64,000 nucleotides of DNA from Octopus sinensis (lineage: Eukaryota): positions 110,484,001 through 110,548,000 of the forward strand of contig NC_042997.1 in NCBI RefSeq assembly GCF_006345805.1, given 5' to 3'. Shown here piece by piece: positions 61,501-64,000 of this stretch. A model generated the notes under the pieces. That model ran no database searches, was not told where the DNA came from, and was given only the letters and a program-made list of their open reading frames with translations. A program made the translations under genes and the position numbers. Numbering within the stretch: position 1 is the first letter of the stretch; each line of letters starts with the position of its first letter.

Positions 61501-63617
61501 CATGTTCCAGATTCTTGAAACTACAAAAATAATTCTAATGGGAGAAGGAGATACTCCACAGGTATCATAAACCTTCCGTTCCATTGTAGCTATATTCTCT
61601 ATTTTACTAACACCCTCGGAAAAGCACAAAGGTCACAACATTACTAGGGCTGCCTCCTTGTTGATGTACAAGTCTGATTATGAATGGTTAACTAATTAGA
61701 GAAATTAGGTTGCGTGGTAAGAAGCTTCCTTCCCAACCACATGATTCCAGGTTCAGTCCCACTGCGTGGCACCTTGGGCAAATATCTTCTACCATAGCCT
61801 TGAGCTGACCAAAGCCTTGTGAGTGGATTTGGTAGATGGAAACTGAAAGAAGCTTGTTATGTGTGTGTTTGTCATTGTCACCCTTAGTGGTTTGGCAAAT
61901 AGAGACTTATAGAATAGGTACTGGATATGAAAGAAAAGAAAGTAGTGGAGGGGGGGGGGTCGATTCATGTGACTAAAGTTTTTCAAGGTGGTGCCCCAGC
62001 ATGGTCGTAGTCTAATGACTGAAGCAAAATAAAATATGAAAAAATAATTGTACATCAGACTGGAGCCTGGTGCAGCCTCCTGGCTTCCCAGACCCCGGTC
62101 GAACCATCCAACCCATGCCAGCATGGAAAACGGACGTTAAACGATGATGATGATGAATCGATGAAATGAGATAAAGGAATGTTCCAAGGATTATTTACCT
62201 CACAACATCCATGGAACCGGCTCCAGCTTTGAAGAAGTCTGTTGTGTCTTCGATTTCTATATTTAATATAGCTTTCCAAATTTCCTGGAAAATAAAATTA
62301 AAAAAATAAAATAAAAACAAATGTGTTTTCAGATAAAAAATGTTTAAAATGAATGCGTTTGGCAGGGTGGGGGTAAGAAAGAAGGCAAAAGAAAGAGGGT
62401 TAGGGTGGGGTGGGGTATTTGGTGGTAGTGGTGATGGTAGTAGTGGTAGTAGCAATATCAGCAGCAGTAGTGGTGGTGGTGGTGGTGGTGGTGGTGGTGG
62501 TAGAAAAGGTAGAGAGAGAATACTGTGTAAGTCTAAGCTAGAGGGTAGTAGTAGTAGGAGGAGGAGTAGGAGTAGAAGTGGTGGTGGTGGTGGTGGTGGT
62601 AAATGAGAGAGCGAGAGAATCTGTATGCCAGAGGTTGTATTGTAGTGGTCACTGAATCTTTGTGGTGGTCATTATAGTAAGCAGAAGGGATAGAAGAGGA
62701 GACGGCATAGTTTAGTGGTCCGGCGGTGTGGTTGCAGATCGGTGAGCGAGTCTTAGATGAGGTCATTGTAGCAACAATAAAAGAGTTAGAAAAAGAGAGA
62801 AGAGACAGTGGTGCTATCTGTGGGCCAGAGGTTGGATTGTTTTGGTGAGTCTTTACTAATCCTCTGGATGATTCTGTTTTAGATACAGTCCAAAATGGTT
62901 CGAGGAAATTTCACTGTAGGAAAGTTTTTGCCATAGGAAAATTCACCAGAAATTTCATCATCATCATCATCATCGTTTAACGTCTGCTTTCCATGCTAGC
63001 ATGGGTTGGACGATTTGACTGAGGGCTGGCAAACCAGATGGCTGTACCAGACTCCAATCTGATCTGGCAGAGTTTCTACAGCTGGATGCCCTTCCTAACG
63101 CCAACCACTCTGAGAGTGTAGTGGGTGCTTTTATGTGCCACCGGCATGGGGGACACTCAGGTGGTACTGGCAATGACCTCGCTCGAATCTTTTACACATG
63201 CCACCAGCACAGGTGCCAGTAAGGCGATGCTGGTAATGATCATGCTCTTTTACATGCCACCATAAAAGACACCATTTCACTGTAAGAAATTTCACCACTA
63301 GAAATTTTGCTGTCGGAAAATCTTTGCCTGCATCTGTAATGCTCTTCTTTATTGCAAGAAATATGGTGACAAGACCTTGAGTTGATCCTTTGTTGGATCA
63401 CATGGAGAAGTCTTCAAGAATGTTTACCGAATCTCTTAATTTTGAGAAAGGTGAGAGGGCAGTGGTGGTGGGGTATTTGTTACTTTACCTTGAGGTTTGA
63501 CTCCATAGAAACCTCTTCTGCTGTCAGTTCTAATTTCTCTGCTGAATCATCAACTTTACCATATTTGGAAGCTTTGATCATCTTGCCACTGGCCAGTTGC
63601 AGCTGGGAGACATTCAC
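28264..63617 (-). CDS. ALDH1L1/2: 10-formyltetrahydrofolate dehydrogenase (ALDH1L), 3' 17 coding exons: end of hydrolase domain, ACP-like domain, ALDH domain; 5' part beyond window end
   Basis: Join on - strand: 63617-63489, 62284-62199, 60297-60150, 59906-59787, 59263-59201, 51153-51089, 46544-46394, 45018-44948, 42826-42721, 40164-40077, 38793-38700, 36341-36242, 34994-34896, 32878-32713, 32153-32048, 28852-28653, 28319-28264. Total 1848 nt, one open frame, collinear with vertebrate ALDH1L1 from about residue 289 to the C-terminal KTVTxEY. Confidence 0.98.
28653..28852 (-). CDS. ALDH1L1/2: ALDH1L exon: [22 protein letters not shown]...[12 protein letters not shown](G)
   Basis: ttttcag acceptor, G|gtgagt donor, phase 2-1. 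Confidence 0.98.
32048..32153 (-). CDS. ALDH1L1/2: ALDH1L exon: [34 protein letters not shown](G)
   Basis: gcctgcag acceptor, GG|gtaagt donor, phase 1-2; EESFGP motif. Confidence 0.97.
32713..32878 (-). CDS. ALDH1L1/2: ALDH1L exon: [24 protein letters not shown]...GGKRVDCP(G)
   Basis: ttccacag acceptor, G|gtaatg donor, phase 0-1. Confidence 0.97.
33205..33800 (-). mobile_element. Degenerate Tc1-like transposase fragment
   Basis: [12 protein letters not shown]...[12 protein letters not shown] (HTH-like) and [23 protein letters not shown]...SVMVWGAI, with stops; no clear TIRs. Confidence 0.7.
34071..34466 (-). mobile_element. Two tandem copies (178-nt offset) of the hammerhead-bearing element, tRNA-like head at 34466-34412
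   Basis: Cores at 34341-34302 and 34163-34118; same body as 27590-27764. Confidence 0.85.
34118..34341 (-). ncRNA. Predicted dimeric type I hammerhead ribozyme
   Basis: Conserved CUGAUGA and GAA cores, 5-bp stem II with a compensatory pair change between copies, palindromic ACGU stem III, GUU triplet and GUGUU stem I strand; structure predicted by eye only. Confidence 0.55.
34482..34632 (+). mobile_element. Inverted, headless, degenerate copy of the hammerhead-bearing element
   Basis: GACAC-CTGATGA-A-GACTG...CAGCC-GAAGC: stem II mismatch and GAAA changed to GAAG. Confidence 0.8.
34896..34994 (-). CDS. ALDH1L1/2: ALDH1L exon: [33 protein letters not shown]
   Basis: ttttcag acceptor, GTG|gtaagt donor; catalytic Cys in GENCIA. 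Confidence 0.97.
35575..35810 (+). mobile_element. SINE family with Meta-domain-like core, representative copy
   Basis: GAGCTGGCAGAA...GAGTTCAAATTCC...GACTTTGCCTTTCATCCTTTCGGGGTCGATAAATTAAGTACCAG. Other copies at about 2990-3190, 7500-7650, 29590-29760, 38540-38670, 47060-47180, 51610-51810, 52720-53560, 58024-58500. Domain assignment is from recall. Confidence 0.8.
36242..36341 (-). CDS. ALDH1L1/2: ALDH1L exon: [33 protein letters not shown]
   Basis: gtttacag acceptor, ATG|gtaaat donor, phase 2-0; catalytic Glu in ELGGKSP. Confidence 0.97.
38040..38465 (-). mobile_element. RTE LINE RT C-terminal fragment
   Basis: [21 protein letters not shown]...WMCNISVH and [11 protein letters not shown] on - strand. 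Confidence 0.75.
38700..38793 (-). CDS. ALDH1L1/2: ALDH1L exon: [30 protein letters not shown](S)
   Basis: ttttacag acceptor, AG|gtttgt donor, phase 1-2; NAD(P)-binding GFTGST. Confidence 0.97.
40077..40164 (-). CDS. ALDH1L1/2: ALDH1L exon: [29 protein letters not shown](G)
   Basis: ttgcctag acceptor, G|gtgaga donor, phase 0-1. Confidence 0.97.
42721..42826 (-). CDS. ALDH1L1/2: ALDH1L exon: [35 protein letters not shown]
   Basis: ccctaaaag acceptor, CAG|gtgcaa donor, phase 2-0; ALDH PWNYP motif. Confidence 0.97.
43229..43450. mobile_element. piggyBac-like MITE
   Basis: CCCTTTAGC...GCTAAAGGG termini, ATAA/TTAA flanks. A short derivative lies at about 32310-32397; related decayed TTAA-type MITEs at about 11215-11410 and 12825-13010. 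Confidence 0.7.
43593..44382 (+). mobile_element. RTE LINE 3' end, second copy, with internal ~98-bp tandem duplication
   Basis: [38 protein letters not shown]...; duplicated block about 43870-44065. Confidence 0.85.
44513..44803. repeat. ~110-bp tandem repeat, about 2.7 copies
   Basis: CCTCTCCCTCTCCTTGGAACCACTTCCATCTGAC at 44513, 44623, 44730. Confidence 0.9.
44948..45018 (-). CDS. ALDH1L1/2: ALDH1L exon: [23 protein letters not shown](G)
   Basis: gtttcag acceptor, GG|gtaagt donor, phase 0-2. Confidence 0.96.
46394..46544 (-). CDS. ALDH1L1/2: ALDH1L exon: [31 protein letters not shown]...WCDKIQ
   Basis: ttttcag acceptor, CAG|gtgggt donor, phase 2-0. Confidence 0.97.
46659..46958. mobile_element. 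hAT-Charlie-type MITE
   Basis: TIR CAGTGCT(A/T)CTCAAA; TSD TCCTAGAG/TTCTAGAG (7/8) fitting the NTCTAGAN preference. Confidence 0.85.
47665..48060 (-). mobile_element. tRNA-derived CORE-like SINE family, representative copy
   Basis: Head GGAGTGGCTGTGTGGTAAG...GGGTTCAGTCCC, CORE-like ACCTTGGGCAAGTGTCTTCTACTATAGCC, internal (TG)n. Other copies at about 6545-6900, 22195-22742, 31420-31770, 35050-35375, 39366-39730, 50360-50895, 61705-62030. Confidence 0.85.
48666..48883. mobile_element. Mariner-type MITE
   Basis: Imperfect 25-bp TIRs (TGAGGGGGTGCTGAAAAGTTCCTGG-like, 19/25 match) flanked by TA. Confidence 0.65.
51089..51153 (-). CDS. ALDH1L1/2: ALDH1L exon: [21 protein letters not shown](R)
   Basis: tttttag acceptor, AG|gtgagt donor, phase 0-2. 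Confidence 0.96.
54745..55075 (+). mobile_element. tRNA-derived SINE family with GTGTCCTTGAGCAAGACAC motif (V-domain-like)
   Basis: Copies at about 14560-14850, 24075-24370 (-), 1505-1610 (partial), 19480-19575 (partial). Confidence 0.75.
55160..55285. repeat. (GA)n/(GAGACA)n microsatellite
   Basis: Visible directly in sequence. Confidence 0.9.
56727..58001 (-). mobile_element. Full-length decayed Tc1/mariner transposon, DD36E (Incomer-like)
   Basis: 30-bp TIRs CAGGGGTTGGACAAAATAATG(C/G)AAACACCT, TA target duplication on both sides, 1275 bp. Transposase from ATG 57813 to TAA 56779 is broken by frameshifts. Motifs FSDES, FQDDN and SPDLNIIE, with 36 residues between the second D and the E. 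Confidence 0.92.
59201..59263 (-). CDS. ALDH1L1/2: ALDH1L exon: [21 protein letters not shown]
   Basis: ttgtag acceptor, AAG|gtgagt donor, 21 codons. Confidence 0.95.
59787..59906 (-). CDS. ALDH1L1/2: ALDH1L exon: [23 protein letters not shown]...TINPADES
   Basis: caccag acceptor, TCG|gtgagt donor, 40 codons. Confidence 0.95.
60150..60297 (-). CDS. ALDH1L1/2: ALDH1L exon: [11 protein letters not shown]...EEPFEFDA
   Basis: tttttag acceptor, GCT|gtaagt donor, phase 2-0. Confidence 0.95.
60694..60838. repeat. 145-bp near-perfect palindrome (72-bp arms)
   Basis: Centre 60766, only 2 mismatches. Confidence 0.95.
62199..62284 (-). CDS. ALDH1L1/2: ALDH1L exon: [28 protein letters not shown](R), phosphopantetheine Ser
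   Basis: ttttccag acceptor, AG|gtaaat donor, phase 0-2. Confidence 0.96.
62400..62605. repeat. (GGT)n/(AGT)n/(AGG)n trinucleotide tract
   Basis: Visible directly in sequence. Confidence 0.9.
63489..63617 (-). CDS. ALDH1L1/2: ALDH1L exon: [17 protein letters not shown]...MESNLK
   Basis: ttttccag acceptor, AAG|gtaaag donor, 43 codons, phase 0-0. Confidence 0.92.
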
Positions 63618-63675
63618 CTGGAAAAGAAGCAGGTTTTAGAAATGGTAGCAATGTCTGCAGAAGGGTCTACTAAAA

Positions 63676-64000
63676 CGCTAGTTCTCAACTGGGGTCCATA
63701 TTACATTTTGTGGGATCCGTGCAAGCAAAATGGTAAATTGGGGATCTACAATTAATATTTTAAGGGTCGATAAAAAATTTTGATTTAGATGTATTTGTTG
63801 CAAGAAAACAAAAAAAAAAAAAAGGTTTCTTTCTGTAACGTTTTACGTAGTCCAACCTCTGCAAAGGAAATGTATGATCAACAAAATAGGAATTTTGAAA
63901 GAAGAATCTATAAAACAGCTAGCAGGGGCGAGGGGGGGGGCACTAAAATTAAATAGTAATCAATGGGGTCCTTAGAGAAAACAAATGGTTGAGAACCATT
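63676..64000. mobile_element. hAT-type MITE, right end at window edge
   Basis: GTTCTCAAC...GTTGAGAAC termini with subterminal GGGGTCC motifs; TSD cannot be checked. Confidence 0.5.

Noticed and set aside
61060-61630. Moderately GC-balanced intronic stretch with 70-85 aa ORFs and a diverged ~40-bp triplicate
   Set aside because: No motif, no phase-consistent splice sites and no need for it in the ALDH1L alignment; unclassified decayed repeat.
62340-62606. Gly/Ser-rich ORF
   Set aside because: Translation of (GGT)n/(AGT)n microsatellite, antisense in an intron.

Overview
This is eukaryotic, AT-rich, repeat-dense genomic DNA. The repeat families point to a cephalopod, most likely Octopus (inferred from memory of those families, not from a search). 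It holds two convergent intron-rich genes, each running off one end of the window. (1) On the + strand are the last 6 coding exons (1272-10066) of an alpha-2-macroglobulin/thioester-protein family gene of the macroglobulin complement-related (Mcr) type, ending in a Cys cluster and a hydrophobic tail. (2) On the - strand are the last 17 coding exons (63617-28264; 1848 nt, 615 aa plus stop) of 10-formyltetrahydrofolate dehydrogenase (ALDH1L). I rebuilt both by hand from GT-AG sites, and every junction keeps the reading phase. The rest is tRNA-derived SINEs, RTE-type LINE relics, hAT, piggyBac and mariner MITEs, a non-autonomous Helitron, a full-length but decayed DD36E Tc1/mariner element, fold-back palindromes, and mini- and microsatellites. 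The best lead is a tRNA-Arg-headed short element carrying a minimal type I hammerhead ribozyme motif. Two tandem copies lie sense to the ALDH1L pre-mRNA (34071-34466). Each is defective alone, but together they could form one complete dimeric hammerhead. Other leads are inverted duplications bracketing single ALDH1L exons, a near-perfect 72-bp-arm intronic hairpin, and a possible unannotated two-exon 3' gene end at 14458-15898. I found no rRNA, true tRNA gene or CRISPR array. Most of the ORF track is repeat-derived noise. Repeat boundaries are approximate unless TIR/TSD positions are given.
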